The notes: generated by a model not told the origin, from the letters alone. DNA of 64,000 bases from Candidatus Latescibacterota bacterium (GCA_965217865.1 CBDCJO010000002.1:1568001-1632000), one strand, 5' to 3'. Shown: positions 1 through 10,809, counted from the first letter of the stretch. A program made the numbers and translations.

Positions 1-322
1 ACCGTTGGGTAAGGTTCAGGTCCCGGGCAAGCTGGCAACTGGACAGGCTTTTCTTGGCGTTGACGATCAATGCGATTGCCATAAACCACTTCTGTAGTGG
101 AAGGTGCGTTCCCTGAAATATTGTCCCAGAAAGGACGTTGAAGCTAGACTTGCAGGCATGGCAGTTCCAACGCCCTATAATGTTTCCCTCTTTCTTTCGA
201 GCACACTCACCAACAGCACCGCATAACGGACAAAACGGATCATCTCTGAACCTTACCCGCTCAAGATGCTCAATGCATGATTCCTGCGTCGGGAACTTTT
301 CAATCGCCGTCAACAAGTTCAT
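1..322 (-). mobile_element. IS1595-family transposase, N-terminal part (runs off the window edge)
   Basis: Manual translation from ATG 322: MNLLTAIEKFPTQESCIEHLERVRF..FCPLCG..WNCHACKSSFNVLSGTIFQGTHLPLQKWF..AKKSLSSCQLARDL. This is the Zn-ribbon + HTH typical of IS1595. Possible left end GGCTTTATAATACGCAATTAG at 431-411. Confidence 0.85.
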
Positions 323-532
323 TTTCCTTCCTCCCTTTTTTTGGTTAAGTTAGTTGTTTTCTCTACACTTAATATAACGAAAAAGGGACCAAAAGTCAAG
401 CCTTAATCTTCTAATTGCGTATTATAAAGCCCTTCCAGATCGAGGTGATTCAAGCTGAGTGAAGCGAAGCCCGATATTGGAGGAACCGAAATCGGCGTCG
501 GCATCTTGCGTAGAAGTTGTAATGTAAGACTC

Positions 533-2143
533 CTATTTCCTGAGGGCTCCACCGAAGTCGTCCTGATAGGGGGCGGGATCCACCCGGGCATCGATCAGGG
601 TGGTCCGGTCGGCCCGGATGGCGAGTTTTAGCTCCTTTTCGAACTGCTCCGGAGCGTCTACCGTCACCCCTCTCAATCCACAAGCCTCAGCAATCCGGGC
701 GAAGTCTACGTCGTGGAGGTCCAATCCGTAGTCGGGCATTCCCCGGGCCTTCTGGCGTGCCTTCATTGTCCCCAGGGCCCGGTCGTTGATGATGATCAGG
801 GGGACGGCCACACCCGTGCGCGCGAAGACTTCCAGCTCACCCAGGCGCATGAGTAGACTGCCGTCCGCTCCGATACCGGCCATAGGAATCTCGGGCTTGG
901 CTAGTTTGGCACCGAGGATGGACGGCAACATCAAACCCATCGTACGTCCCCCGGATGTCCCCCAGAACCTATTGGGCCGGTCCACGGGCCAGAACGTATC
1001 CACATAGCGGACGAAGGCACCTGTCTCAGAGAAGAGCATCCCCTCGGCCGGCAACAGGCTTCGTGTTATTTCGAAGATGTCCCGGGCTGCAAGGCGGGCG
1101 TTCGCGGGACGTTTAAAGTTTTGCAGAATTTTTTCGCGAGTTATCCGGATTTGATCCTTCGAAAAGCCCTCCTGGCGGTGCGACGACAAAGATTTGAGGG
1201 AGGCCTTCAGATCCCCGTTCACACGCACTTTCGGATCGGGAGTCAGGGTCTCGTATTCCGGTCTGGCGACAAGCTCACAGGTCGGCAGACCGCTTTTCCA
1301 TGGGACGTGTGTCATCATCGCGTCCACCCCGGCCAACAACACAACGTCCCCCTGATTCAAGATTTCAGTCTCGATTATGTCGGGCGTATACAACCCGAGG
1401 ATCACACCTGCCCATCGCGGATGCGATTCAGGCATGACCCCGCGGGCGTTCATGTTGACCAGGACGGCCGCACCGATGTTCTCAACCAGAGACAGCAGCT
1501 CACCGGTTGCGCCTGCGCGGATCACATCCGCGCCTGCTATGACTACGGGTTTGCGTGCCGTTCGAATCAGCTCGCGGGCGGCAGCGAGCCCGGCCTCTTC
1601 GGGGGGATCGGAGGCCTGCGGGTCATTCACCGGCAGGGGAGGTCCGCAATCCGAACCGCCGAGGTCGGAAGGAAGGTTTAAAAGGACGGGCCCGGGCCGG
1701 CCGTCAATCGCGCGGAACACCGTCTCCGCCAGGGTGGCCGGGGCATCCTCGGGGGTCAGTGTGGCCTGGGACTTGACGACGCCATCGAACAGACCCGAGT
1801 GCCTGCAGTGCTGTACCATTTCGGACTGGGTCACCTCGGATGGTGAAGTTTCGCATAGACAGACAACAGGCGCACGTTCGAAGTAGGTGTTTACGGCACC
1901 CCCGACGAGATTGCCTGCACCGACCCCCTTCACGGACAGGGCGAGACCCGCGGTATCCTTCATGAGGCCGTAGTAGGCGGCCACGATCGCTGCGGAGGAT
2001 TCGTGCGAGATACTCACAAAATCCACACCGAGCCGCCGGCCCGCTTCAATCATGTCCAGAGGGGAGCCGCTGCCTGGCAGACCGAAGAAATGCCGCAAGC
2101 CACGTTCTCTTGCTTCGGCGATGATCAACTCTGCGAGTTTCAT
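533..2143 (-). CDS. Thiamine pyrophosphate-dependent enzyme (acetolactate synthase-like family)
   Basis: FGLPG, HE motif, GRPGPV and the ThDP-binding GADG...IIIND motif. Start moved to MKLAE (ATG 2143, AAGGAAG RBS). Confidence 0.9.
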   Translation of the reverse strand: MKLAELIIAEARERGLRHFFGLPGSGSPLDMIEAGRRLGVDFVSISHESSAAIVAAYYGLMKDTAGLALSVKGVGAGNLVGGAVNTYFERAPVVCLCETSPSEVTQSEMVQHCRHSGLFDGVVKSQATLTPEDAPATLAETVFRAIDGRPGPVLLNLPSDLGGSDCGPPLPVNDPQASDPPEEAGLAAARELIRTARKPVVIAGADVIRAGATGELLSLVENIGAAVLVNMNARGVMPESHPRWAGVILGLYTPDIIETEILNQGDVVLLAGVDAMMTHVPWKSGLPTCELVARPEYETLTPDPKVRVNGDLKASLKSLSSHRQEGFSKDQIRITREKILQNFKRPANARLAARDIFEITRSLLPAEGMLFSETGAFVRYVDTFWPVDRPNRFWGTSGGRTMGLMLPSILGAKLAKPEIPMAGIGADGSLLMRLGELEVFARTGVAVPLIIINDRALGTMKARQKARGMPDYGLDLHDVDFARIAEACGLRGVTVDAPEQFEKELKLAIRADRTTLIDARVDPAPYQDDFGGALRK

Positions 2144-2306
2144 GTGTCTTCCTTTATGAAGCGGTGAACCAAGTGTTTTATAAAGAGATTTCCAGAATCC
2201 CTTTTCTCTTGTGTTTGGTTTCAAGGATTCATAATGTTCACTGAAATTCGGGTAGGGCCCGATACTGCAGGGAGGGATTTTATGAAATTAAGCAGGAGGT
2301 CGCAAG

Positions 2307-2705
2307 ATGAATAATCAAAAAAAGACCCCTGGGGTTTCCCTCAGGGTTTTGACATTATGTTTTTTCGTAGTGTTCGGACTGTGGGCTTGCACGAAGTCCC
2401 CAGGTTCCGGTGAAATGCTGGTCAAGTTCTTCTTCGGGGAAGCCGCGATGAAAGATAAGACGCCTGAACCGGGTAAAGGCTGGTTTACGAAAGATTCAAA
2501 GAAAGTGCCGGACTCCGACTTCGACGTGCCCGAAGTCGCGAATGATATCGAGATCGAGGCGAGGATCGATACGACGGGGAAAGAGGTCTGGATCGAGAGG
2601 ATCTATTTCACAGTGAATGATACGCCGCTTACAGAACCGCCTCACATCGAACCTCCCGAAGGTTCGAAACCGAACGATTTGAGGATCAACCTGCTGATGA
2701 AATAG
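2307..2705 (+). CDS. Hypothetical lipoprotein
   Basis: AGGAGG RBS, basic N-terminus, hydrophobic stretch, LWA-C lipobox. Confidence 0.7.
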   Translation: MNNQKKTPGVSLRVLTLCFFVVFGLWACTKSPGSGEMLVKFFFGEAAMKDKTPEPGKGWFTKDSKKVPDSDFDVPEVANDIEIEARIDTTGKEVWIERIYFTVNDTPLTEPPHIEPPEGSKPNDLRINLLMK

Positions 2706-2755
2706 GGAAGTTCAAGGGGCCCTCCGCTAGCCAGTTTGGCCTCCATAACAATCCA

Positions 2756-5308
2756 TCAGCCGGTGGAGATCTTTATGGTTCCGGGCTTGAAACCGAGTAT
2801 GAGGCCTGAGGGGGTTGTCCGGACGACTCTCGCTCCGTGTATCTTCTTCACGTTGAACCCTGCCATGTCCAGCGCCATGGTGAGATCCAGGTCCGGAGGC
2901 AGTTTTTCCGCGTAGGGGGGAAGCTCGGCTTTTATGATCAGCTCGGTTCCGGTCCAGTCCGTCCTCTCGATCGATGCGAAGGTCCTGGTGATGTGGGGGG
3001 CCGCTTCTCCACCTTTGGATACGCCGACTTTATAGTCTCCCGCCTTGTTCGGAAGGAAGACGAGATCTTCGTCGAAGTAGTGCCAGGGTTCACTGTTCAA
3101 CCGAACTTCACCAAACGGCTCCTTAAATTGAAGACGGGGGGCAAAGATAAGAGGCGTGATTGACATGACCCTGGCGGTGCAGGAATCACCTGAAGGTTTT
3201 GAATCCACGTCTTTCAGCGCAACCGTATACTGACAACCCCAGCCATGTTTCACCACGCCGTCGATAAATCCATACCTGTGGACCACCGCCTTTCCGTTCG
3301 GCTCGAGGTAAACCTTCAGAAAGTCAATTCCCTTTTCTCCCTCACTCGGATTCCCTCCGCGAAACATCCACCATCCGTACTCCTTCACTAGATACGGCCC
3401 GTCATCCGGGTTGGATATCCGAATGGTTTTGACGAGCGGGATCGGGTATTTATTCGTTAAGCTGGCCGTACCTTTATTAAACTCCAGTGGAACATCTTCA
3501 TCCAGCATCGCCTCCCTGAGCAGAGGCATGTCCTCGGACGCATAACGTAAACCCGGGACGACGAATGCCAGTTGGATTTCTTCCTTCCGGACAGCCGGAC
3601 TCTCAAACGCAAGGAGCCTGGAAGGCTCCCAGATAAAGGCAGCACTATTACCTTTTTTCAGGAGAAAGAGGAACAGCGTGGGTTTCGAACCGGAGGCGTC
3701 TTCCAGCCTGAAGATATTTTCGAGATCGGATATGGGCTTGTGGGTGGGCTCATCGTAAGACGCATCGCCAACGATCAGACGGTCATACCCCTCAACCCCT
3801 ATCTGTGTGTGGACCCTTCCACCGAGGGTCCGGAGGGCCCTTTTGATGTTCAGTTGAAAGAAGGGGTTGTCACTAAAAAACAGATACTCCCGGGACTCCC
3901 GTTCGAAGGCATCGGTGATATGTTCAGGATCCGGGTTACGAAAATCCTCCCTCAAAAGGGACTTATACCCCCCGGGCTCCAAAAATGTTACCAATTTTTC
4001 ATAGATCTCCTTCGCGTTTTCCCTTTGAGGCGGGTTTCCCAACTCTCTTTCTCCGGCCGTTCCCTCCGGATCCAGATAGATTGTTTTCACAAGATTTTCT
4101 GCCAGCGGGAAACTCCGGGAATTCGCGTCGAAATGCGCAAGTCCTTCCGGATCGTAGAGGAGCCTGTTTCCCTCTTTTTCCAGGTGTGATACGACCCGCA
4201 TATGATTGTTCTGGATCGAGGATACCTTCCCGGGGGTGATGCTTCCCTCGCTGATTGATATGGCGCACTTGATCGGATCCTGGCTGACCGCAAGCACGAT
4301 CCTTCTCGCCTCGGGCGGGCAGATATTCTCCGACTCGCCCAGCCACCAGATGACGGTCTCGTGGATATCCTCGGGATCCTTTGCCCTGGGTCTGAAATAA
4401 TCGTTGCACTGTTTCAGTATGCGATCCGGAAAAATTCCCCCTGAATGGGCAGCGAAGTAGGTCCCCCAGATCGCACTCGAGATACGGTTCGTCCTCGAAT
4501 TGCCCTGGTAGGTGACGAATATCCTGCTGTAGTCGGTATGCCAGGAATCGTGATCCCTTCTGACCGGAAAGAACTGCCCCTCCGGATCGTTGCCGTCGTG
4601 ACGTCCCTGCGATCCACAGGCATAGAAAGCGATCATATTCGGGGGAACGACTTCAGGGAATATCAGATAGGGTGGGGTCGGGGCTATGAACGCCCCGGGG
4701 TTGTAGCGCCACATCAGGTTATCGGCCTTGACGTAATCCCAGGGGATATCCTCCTCTTTGATGCCGTCCAGGGTTCCCTGCCAACCGTGAGCCAGGGGGT
4801 TCATGAAGTCCCGGGCGATCTTCTCAAGCAGGTTGTAGATGAGTACCAGCTTCCTCGCCTTTTCTTCTTCGGATAGGTCTTTGACCACGTTGTACCATGG
4901 GGCACAGCCGTTCAGGGGAACGTCGTTGAGGTACCAATCGAAAAGCATGTCCCGGGAATGCGCATATTTCGTCAGTTCCATGAGGTTGGCATTGTTCCAC
5001 TTCGGGTCGTAGAGGAACTTGTATTCCATGGACCCCTGATGGCTGCTGACATCAATCGGGTCATCGGGATGCCACTCCATAGGGGTGGCATACCGGTCTA
5101 TCGGTGGCGGGGGGGCCTGGATGTAGACGTCGAGGGAGTTGGATCCCCATTTGTAGCTTTCATCTATGACTTTTCGTTTGAAGTAATCAAGATCCTCGCC
5201 ATACGGCAGATCCCTCTGGTAGTAGAGTCCAGCTTCCCAACCCCAGGCATCGAGGTAGACCCGGCCAGGGTGTTCTTTGAAGAGGGAGGATTGGCTAGAC
5301 GAAGACAT
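2756..5308 (-). CDS. Large hypothetical protein (850 aa), possibly a glycoside-hydrolase-like barrel plus beta-sandwich domains
   Basis: Long ORF with host-like codon usage and an aromatic-rich N-terminal half; no family recognised. Confidence 0.7.
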   Translation of the reverse strand: MSSSSQSSLFKEHPGRVYLDAWGWEAGLYYQRDLPYGEDLDYFKRKVIDESYKWGSNSLDVYIQAPPPPIDRYATPMEWHPDDPIDVSSHQGSMEYKFLYDPKWNNANLMELTKYAHSRDMLFDWYLNDVPLNGCAPWYNVVKDLSEEEKARKLVLIYNLLEKIARDFMNPLAHGWQGTLDGIKEEDIPWDYVKADNLMWRYNPGAFIAPTPPYLIFPEVVPPNMIAFYACGSQGRHDGNDPEGQFFPVRRDHDSWHTDYSRIFVTYQGNSRTNRISSAIWGTYFAAHSGGIFPDRILKQCNDYFRPRAKDPEDIHETVIWWLGESENICPPEARRIVLAVSQDPIKCAISISEGSITPGKVSSIQNNHMRVVSHLEKEGNRLLYDPEGLAHFDANSRSFPLAENLVKTIYLDPEGTAGERELGNPPQRENAKEIYEKLVTFLEPGGYKSLLREDFRNPDPEHITDAFERESREYLFFSDNPFFQLNIKRALRTLGGRVHTQIGVEGYDRLIVGDASYDEPTHKPISDLENIFRLEDASGSKPTLFLFLLKKGNSAAFIWEPSRLLAFESPAVRKEEIQLAFVVPGLRYASEDMPLLREAMLDEDVPLEFNKGTASLTNKYPIPLVKTIRISNPDDGPYLVKEYGWWMFRGGNPSEGEKGIDFLKVYLEPNGKAVVHRYGFIDGVVKHGWGCQYTVALKDVDSKPSGDSCTARVMSITPLIFAPRLQFKEPFGEVRLNSEPWHYFDEDLVFLPNKAGDYKVGVSKGGEAAPHITRTFASIERTDWTGTELIIKAELPPYAEKLPPDLDLTMALDMAGFNVKKIHGARVVRTTPSGLILGFKPGTIKISTG

Positions 5309-5491
5309 TGAGGAGTCTCCAGGAAAGTGAAAAATGAAAAATGAAAAATCGAAAAAGCAAAGTTGACGGCAGAGCGGAGACCTATCCCCCTGCGCCCCTC
5401 CTTCGACTTCGCTCAGGACGTGGCTTCCCTAAAGGGAAGGGGGATATCGCCTTTATTGTAGACGAACTTTAAACATATGATTTCCCCGAAC

Positions 5492-5932
5492 CTAGAAAAG
5501 AACATACGCCAGACATCCGAACCAAATCGTTGTAAACAGGAGGGGAACGCCGAGTAGATAATATCTCGATGACAGGGAGCCGAAAAAACGAAGCCAGGCC
5601 GGAGCATTTTTTGTCTCTGCCCGGGTGTCAAATACTTGAAATCGGGGATCGTCTTCATACGCGGCCGCGATTTTCTTTGCTTTGAGCTGCCAGGCTTTCT
5701 GAAAGACGCTCGTCCGGCCGATCGACAGGACCCAGATGAATGAAAACACCCCGCCGGTAAGGAAGACGGGCCAGGCGGAGCGGCTGAAACCTCCCGAGAT
5801 CTGAAGAGCGCAGACCAGCAGGGCATTGACAATCAGCAGAACTTGAAACTTACTGGTTTTAACGGGATTTTCTCCGGCCCACAAGTTCACGTAGGTCCTG
5901 TAGGCCTCGTAGTCTTTATTCTCGTCGGCCAT
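5492..5932 (-). CDS. Small 3-TM membrane protein, resembles the RipA-like octameric membrane protein family
   Basis: N-terminal amphipathic helix (YEAYRTYVNLW), TM hairpin ending in W, helical linker, C-terminal VP..F...W TM. Confidence 0.55.
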   Translation of the reverse strand: MADENKDYEAYRTYVNLWAGENPVKTSKFQVLLIVNALLVCALQISGGFSRSAWPVFLTGGVFSFIWVLSIGRTSVFQKAWQLKAKKIAAAYEDDPRFQVFDTRAETKNAPAWLRFFGSLSSRYYLLGVPLLFTTIWFGCLAYVLF

Positions 5933-6011
5933 AGCGCCCTCGAATCTGTGTTAGATTCGTTTAACCATTGTGTGGGATCAGCGTTAGTGGCGGGTAATCC
6001 GTAACAACCCT

Positions 6012-7182
6012 CTAGTGTTATGTCCCAGAAATAACTTGACAAAGTAATGGATTCGTCTTATGGTTCCTTATACCCTTATCCAAGGAGGAACCGATGAAAA
6101 TGGGACGTCCATTGCAGCCATTGAACCTTAGTGATGAAGTCCGAAGTGAATTGAAGGCGATATCTGGTTCGCGGATCTTACCGCATTCTTTGGTGCGCCG
6201 TGCGAAGATCATACTGATGAGTGATATCGGACTCACGAATCTACAGATAGGCCAGAAGCTGGGACTGTCCTATGCCGCGATTGGGAAATGGCGTAATCGT
6301 TATTGTGCTCAAGGGCTGATGGGGCTTTACGACGAGATGCGTCCTGGAGGTCCACGTTCAATCTCCGACCAGAAGATTGCCAGGCTCATTGGCAAAACCT
6401 TGAAGACAAAGCCAAGGCATGCAACTCACTGGACCTGTCGGTCCATCGGAGCTGAGACTGGGCTCTCCAAGTCCACCGTTCAGCGAGTCTGGAAAGCCTT
6501 CGGACTTCAACCTCATCGACAGAAACACTTCAGACTCTCAAACGATCCCTTCTTTGTAGAGAAGGTCAGGGACGTTGTCGGGCTCTACCTCAACCCGCCA
6601 GACAATGCTATGGTGCTCTGTGTGGACGAGAAAAGCCAGGTCCAAGCATTAGATCGAACGCAACCGATTCTGCCACTGGGTTTGGGTTACGTCGAAGGCG
6701 TAACTCACAACTACATCAGACACGGGACAACGACGCTGTTTGCTGCTCTAGAGATCGCCTCGGGAAAAGTGTTAACACAATGTAAACCGAGACACCGTCA
6801 TCAGGAATTCCTTCAATTCCTAAAGCACATCGAGGCAAACGTCCCGGAGGATCTCGATATTCACCTGGTCTTGGACAACTATGGCACGCACAAGCACCCT
6901 AAAACCAAACAATGGCTTGCAGCCCGGCCAAGATATCAGGTCCACTATACACCCACTTACGCGTCCTGGCTAAACCAAGTCGAGATCTGGTTCAACATCA
7001 TTACACAAAAGGCAATCCGCCGGGGTTCCTTTCGTAGCGTGAAAGATCTGGTCAATAACATCAAGAAATTCGCCGATCACTACAACTCAAATTCAAAACC
7101 CTTTGTGTGGACTGCCACCGCAGAATCCATCCTCGAAAAGATTAAGCGACTATTTGAACTTATTGGCGGGACACGACACTAG
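6012..7182 (+). mobile_element. IS630-family insertion sequence, copy 1
   Basis: CTAG at both ends; imperfect IRs TAGTGTTATGTCCCAGAAATAACTT / TAGTGTCGTGTCCCGCCAATAAGTT; near-identical copy at 34174-35344. Confidence 0.95.
6094..7182 (+). CDS. IS630-family transposase
   Basis: HTH N-terminus; VDEKSQVQAL, LDNYGTHK and SWLNQVE DDE motifs. Confidence 0.95.
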   Translation: MKMGRPLQPLNLSDEVRSELKAISGSRILPHSLVRRAKIILMSDIGLTNLQIGQKLGLSYAAIGKWRNRYCAQGLMGLYDEMRPGGPRSISDQKIARLIGKTLKTKPRHATHWTCRSIGAETGLSKSTVQRVWKAFGLQPHRQKHFRLSNDPFFVEKVRDVVGLYLNPPDNAMVLCVDEKSQVQALDRTQPILPLGLGYVEGVTHNYIRHGTTTLFAALEIASGKVLTQCKPRHRHQEFLQFLKHIEANVPEDLDIHLVLDNYGTHKHPKTKQWLAARPRYQVHYTPTYASWLNQVEIWFNIITQKAIRRGSFRSVKDLVNNIKKFADHYNSNSKPFVWTATAESILEKIKRLFELIGGTRH

Positions 7183-9410
7183 AAACCGGAACCATACCCG
7201 GGAGTGAGTGCTATTCGCCCCACCTGAATGATGGCCACCTGGTCGGTTTGCGTGCCAGGGGGATGCGTACCTGTGTTTGCACCCATGGGCTCATCGATGG
7301 TAAGCTCGCCTTCTCCGACGATCGGATGATCCCTATCCAGTCCATCCCGGTCGAGATCGGTGTCAGGCGGTGTAGCTGGGTCTAACAAACCATCAAACTG
7401 GGCTTTGAGGTCGTCCATTCCCCACCGCGCTCCATAGAGGATGATCTGGATATTTCCTTTGGATCGCATCTCCTTATAAAAATCGGGATCCAGTGTGTCC
7501 CAGCCGCCGTGGTTCGGATCGACAATGACGGCATCGACAAGCCCTTTCTCGACCCACTCGCGCACATCCAGGGCATACCGAAGGTTCACCTGTTCATTTG
7601 CAAACGAGTAGGGTACCAGCTTGATCGGGCTTTCCTGCTTTTTTGACTCCTCCTCCAGCATTGCCCGGAGATCCTCCATCAGTTTGGTGACGTGCTGGGC
7701 GCGGAACTTCAGCCAGCGGCCGTCGTCATCGGAAAGCTCCAGCGGATCCTCTCCGTATTCCTTCCGGAAGGCATCACACACGTGCGGCTCGTATCCGACG
7801 AATTCCGGACCCCTGAAAAAACCCTGTGCAATCCCGTCGATCCTTCCGCCTTCGGCCTGGCAATGCCCGATGATTTCCTTGTAAAGCGCCACCACGTAGT
7901 CGCGGACTTCCGGGTACGCGTAGCTCATCTTGGCCGTTGCGTGAACGCCATCCTTGTTGACGATGCAGTACTCCGGATGATTGCGGAAGAACGGCCCCGA
8001 ATTCCGTTCCGAATCAGAGCCCCACGCCCCCATGCGGAGCATGACCCAGAAGTCCAGTCCCATCCGGTGCGCCTCATCGGCCGACACGGTCAGGACATTC
8101 ACGCCATTTTCGATGAGCGACCTCCGGCCCTGGATGCTCAACTCATCCCACTGCCGCTTCGTGACGCACGATTGCGTTCCGGTCTCGCCAACCTTTGTCG
8201 GGTATGTGGTCTTGTCGATTGACAGCGTCGGGCCCAACATCAAGATATTGCAGTCCTCAGCCCGTCTGACATAAGTCCGAACGATTTCTCTTACGTCGCC
8301 TTCGGTAGTCGCGTTGTACTCGACCAGTGCATCCGTGTCCCATCCGACAGCAATCATCGGCTTTTTTGCCCTCACGGGCTCCGGGACTGATGGGACTGCT
8401 TCAGCCGGAACGAACCTCAGCCACGCGACGCCACAGCGGATGTTGAAATGTATGTAGTCCGGCTTATAGACCCCCGGGCCGCACCAGGTGGCGAACCGGC
8501 TCTTTTGACGGAGGTGGATGTCCTGGCCGTCCATCTTGACGCGCTTCCAGAGTCGCTCCAGGAAAAATCCCCGTTTCACCGAAAAATAGGGCTCGTTCCA
8601 TCCCGGCGTCGGATGGAGCGGTAAATGTTTGAAGCCCGATTCCCCTGTCGTCCGGATATCGATCCCGGCGAAGTTGTATTTCTCATCGTGGGGGGAGACC
8701 GGGTCGTAGAGCCCCACGTAAATGTCATACCAGCCCGCCAGGTTTTCCTCTCCCAGAGGCAAAACGATCTCCTCTCCGAAGCAATCTTCATCGACCTCCA
8801 GCCCAACCCCTTCCTCAACGCCACTCTCGGGAGCTGCGTATTTCGACAGTTTCCACGTGCCTTGGCTCGTGTTTATCTGCTTGGGCGTCGGGATCGGAAT
8901 CAGCTTCAACCAGGCCAACGTACATGGCAAAGTGCGATGTCTCCACAGCGGGATCTGGGCCAGGTGCAGGTCCTGGCCAGTGAGGTCCGCGATCTTCCAG
9001 ACACGCTCATTGACCTCTAGGGACTTGGTTTCGGGGTGAGCCTTCCACACCGACCAATCCGGGTCTTTGCTGAGCCTTGCGTGCATCCCCTCCCCTGGAG
9101 GGCGATAGTGGGGGGGATGTTGAGCCCACATCCCATAGCGGACCTCATACCAGCCCTTGAGCTTCAATTCGCTCAACCTGTAGACGACAGGCGTCGCTCG
9201 CGTGGTCTCTGTGCCGACCAGCGCAAAGCCTTCGACATCTCCTGCCTTATATGGCTTCAGCTGCCATATACCGGGTGTCTCCGGATGCCTGGATACGAAG
9301 GTCTGCGGCTCGCAGGTGCTGAAATCGGTGATCAGCAGGGTCTCCCGCGAGTCGCTTTCGGCGTCAATCCTCTCGACGGGTTCGAAACGGCTCAGATCTG
9401 TGACAACCAT
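7179..9410 (-). CDS. Family 10-like glycosyl hydrolase (GHL10/DUF187-type TIM barrel) with two N-terminal beta domains
   Basis: AHRMGLDFWV..R, HPEY, MSYAYPEVRDY, DG...F.R and DVREWVEKGLVD motifs. Confidence 0.75.
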   Translation of the reverse strand: MVVTDLSRFEPVERIDAESDSRETLLITDFSTCEPQTFVSRHPETPGIWQLKPYKAGDVEGFALVGTETTRATPVVYRLSELKLKGWYEVRYGMWAQHPPHYRPPGEGMHARLSKDPDWSVWKAHPETKSLEVNERVWKIADLTGQDLHLAQIPLWRHRTLPCTLAWLKLIPIPTPKQINTSQGTWKLSKYAAPESGVEEGVGLEVDEDCFGEEIVLPLGEENLAGWYDIYVGLYDPVSPHDEKYNFAGIDIRTTGESGFKHLPLHPTPGWNEPYFSVKRGFFLERLWKRVKMDGQDIHLRQKSRFATWCGPGVYKPDYIHFNIRCGVAWLRFVPAEAVPSVPEPVRAKKPMIAVGWDTDALVEYNATTEGDVREIVRTYVRRAEDCNILMLGPTLSIDKTTYPTKVGETGTQSCVTKRQWDELSIQGRRSLIENGVNVLTVSADEAHRMGLDFWVMLRMGAWGSDSERNSGPFFRNHPEYCIVNKDGVHATAKMSYAYPEVRDYVVALYKEIIGHCQAEGGRIDGIAQGFFRGPEFVGYEPHVCDAFRKEYGEDPLELSDDDGRWLKFRAQHVTKLMEDLRAMLEEESKKQESPIKLVPYSFANEQVNLRYALDVREWVEKGLVDAVIVDPNHGGWDTLDPDFYKEMRSKGNIQIILYGARWGMDDLKAQFDGLLDPATPPDTDLDRDGLDRDHPIVGEGELTIDEPMGANTGTHPPGTQTDQVAIIQVGRIALTPGYGSGF

Positions 9411-9480
9411 CTCTTGCTCCTTTTTGGTCGTCTTGATTCAGCTTTGACCTGCCAGATTTTCTGAAACCTGTTTGAATTCA

Positions 9481-10425
9481 TCAGCCGACTTTGACCAGCT
9501 TGCGGAAGGAACGCGCTGTTCTAGGCGGATCCAGCCGCCGGCCATAGGCGCTCCAGGATACCTCTCCAACGTACACATCCCCGTGCGAATCGACGGCCAG
9601 TCCGTGAGGCGCTGTAAATTGTCCCGGGGCCTCCCCCATCCGCACATCGCCCACCCGGGACAGACGTCGGCCCGTGAGATCGTGGATGCTGACGCAGGCC
9701 CCGAGGTTGGGATAATCGGCATTCACCGCCATTTCTGTGGGTATCTGTCCGATATATACCCGATCCCCTTCGATGTGCAGCCCACAGGGTCGATGGAGGT
9801 TGTTCCACTGGGAAAGATAGTTCCCCTCCTCGTCGAATATTTGCACACGGTGGTTCTCACGATCTGCGATGTAGACTTTCCCGTCACCGTCCGTACAGAC
9901 GCTATGCACCAGGTTGAACTGTCCGGGGTCTGTGCCATAATCCCCCCAGGAAAAGAGGTGCTCCCCAGCGGGGGAAAATTTATGAACCCTCGCATTTCCG
10001 TAGCCATCGGATATGTAAAGGTCGTCTGATTTAGGGTCGAAGGCTACCTTGGTTGGACGGTCAAAGGGTTGACCGCTCTGGGGCGGAGCGGGTCGGTCCG
10101 GGGTTCCGATGGTCATCAAAGGCTGACCGTCCAGGGTGAATTTACGAATACATTGACCATTGTCGTCCGCGCAATAGAGATTTTCGTCGGGCCCAAGGGT
10201 CAACCCGTGAGGTCTGGTAAACAGCCCTTCTCCCCAGGCGGTGACAAAGCTTCCGTCCCGTTCGAAGACGATCATGGGGTGCTCGCCTCGATTGAACACA
10301 TACACGCGGTCCTGTGAATCCACCACAACGTCGACCACCTCCTTGAAGGACCAGCCTTCAGGTAACGCTCCCCATTCCTCCAATTCCTCGTAGACGTAAT
10401 CTCCAGAGCCCAGTTTCGTTTTCAA
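9481..10425 (-). CDS. NHL-repeat protein (peptidyl-alpha-hydroxyglycine lyase-like)
   Basis: Repeated F..PHG, DGYGNARVHKF and DRENHRVQIF; TTG start after AAGGAGG. Confidence 0.9.
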   Translation of the reverse strand: MKTKLGSGDYVYEELEEWGALPEGWSFKEVVDVVVDSQDRVYVFNRGEHPMIVFERDGSFVTAWGEGLFTRPHGLTLGPDENLYCADDNGQCIRKFTLDGQPLMTIGTPDRPAPPQSGQPFDRPTKVAFDPKSDDLYISDGYGNARVHKFSPAGEHLFSWGDYGTDPGQFNLVHSVCTDGDGKVYIADRENHRVQIFDEEGNYLSQWNNLHRPCGLHIEGDRVYIGQIPTEMAVNADYPNLGACVSIHDLTGRRLSRVGDVRMGEAPGQFTAPHGLAVDSHGDVYVGEVSWSAYGRRLDPPRTARSFRKLVKVG

Positions 10426-10453
10426 AATCCACCTCCTTGTTAAGAAACCCGAT

Positions 10454-10771
10454 CTATTGCCAGTCGCCATCCGGGGGCCAGATGTTGTAGCTTCCTTTTC
10501 CCGCGCCCTGAGGACCCCCCTCGATCCAGTCCTTCACGGTATCTCGCCATTTGATGAAGTGCGGCGTCTGCAGATGGGCCTCGAAAGCCGCCTCATCCTT
10601 GTAGACTTCGTAGAGCCAGATCTTGTTGGGATCCCCACCGTCCTGAATCAGATCAAACCTGAGACAACCTGGTTCGTCCTTTACGGAGTCCCGCGCATCG
10701 TCAAGCATGGCTTCGATAAAAGGTTCCCTGTGTCCTTCCTTGATCCGGATAGATGCATTTATGATATACAT
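10454..10771 (-). CDS. Putative quinol monooxygenase / LsrG-like ABM-domain protein
   Basis: EPGCLRFD...LYEVYKDEAAFEAHLQTPHF; start MYIINAS with GGAGG RBS. Confidence 0.9.
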   Translation of the reverse strand: MYIINASIRIKEGHREPFIEAMLDDARDSVKDEPGCLRFDLIQDGGDPNKIWLYEVYKDEAAFEAHLQTPHFIKWRDTVKDWIEGGPQGAGKGSYNIWPPDGDWQ

Positions 10772-10809
10772 GTTTCCTCCTGATTCAGTCTTTGGATGAA
10801 TCCCGAAGG

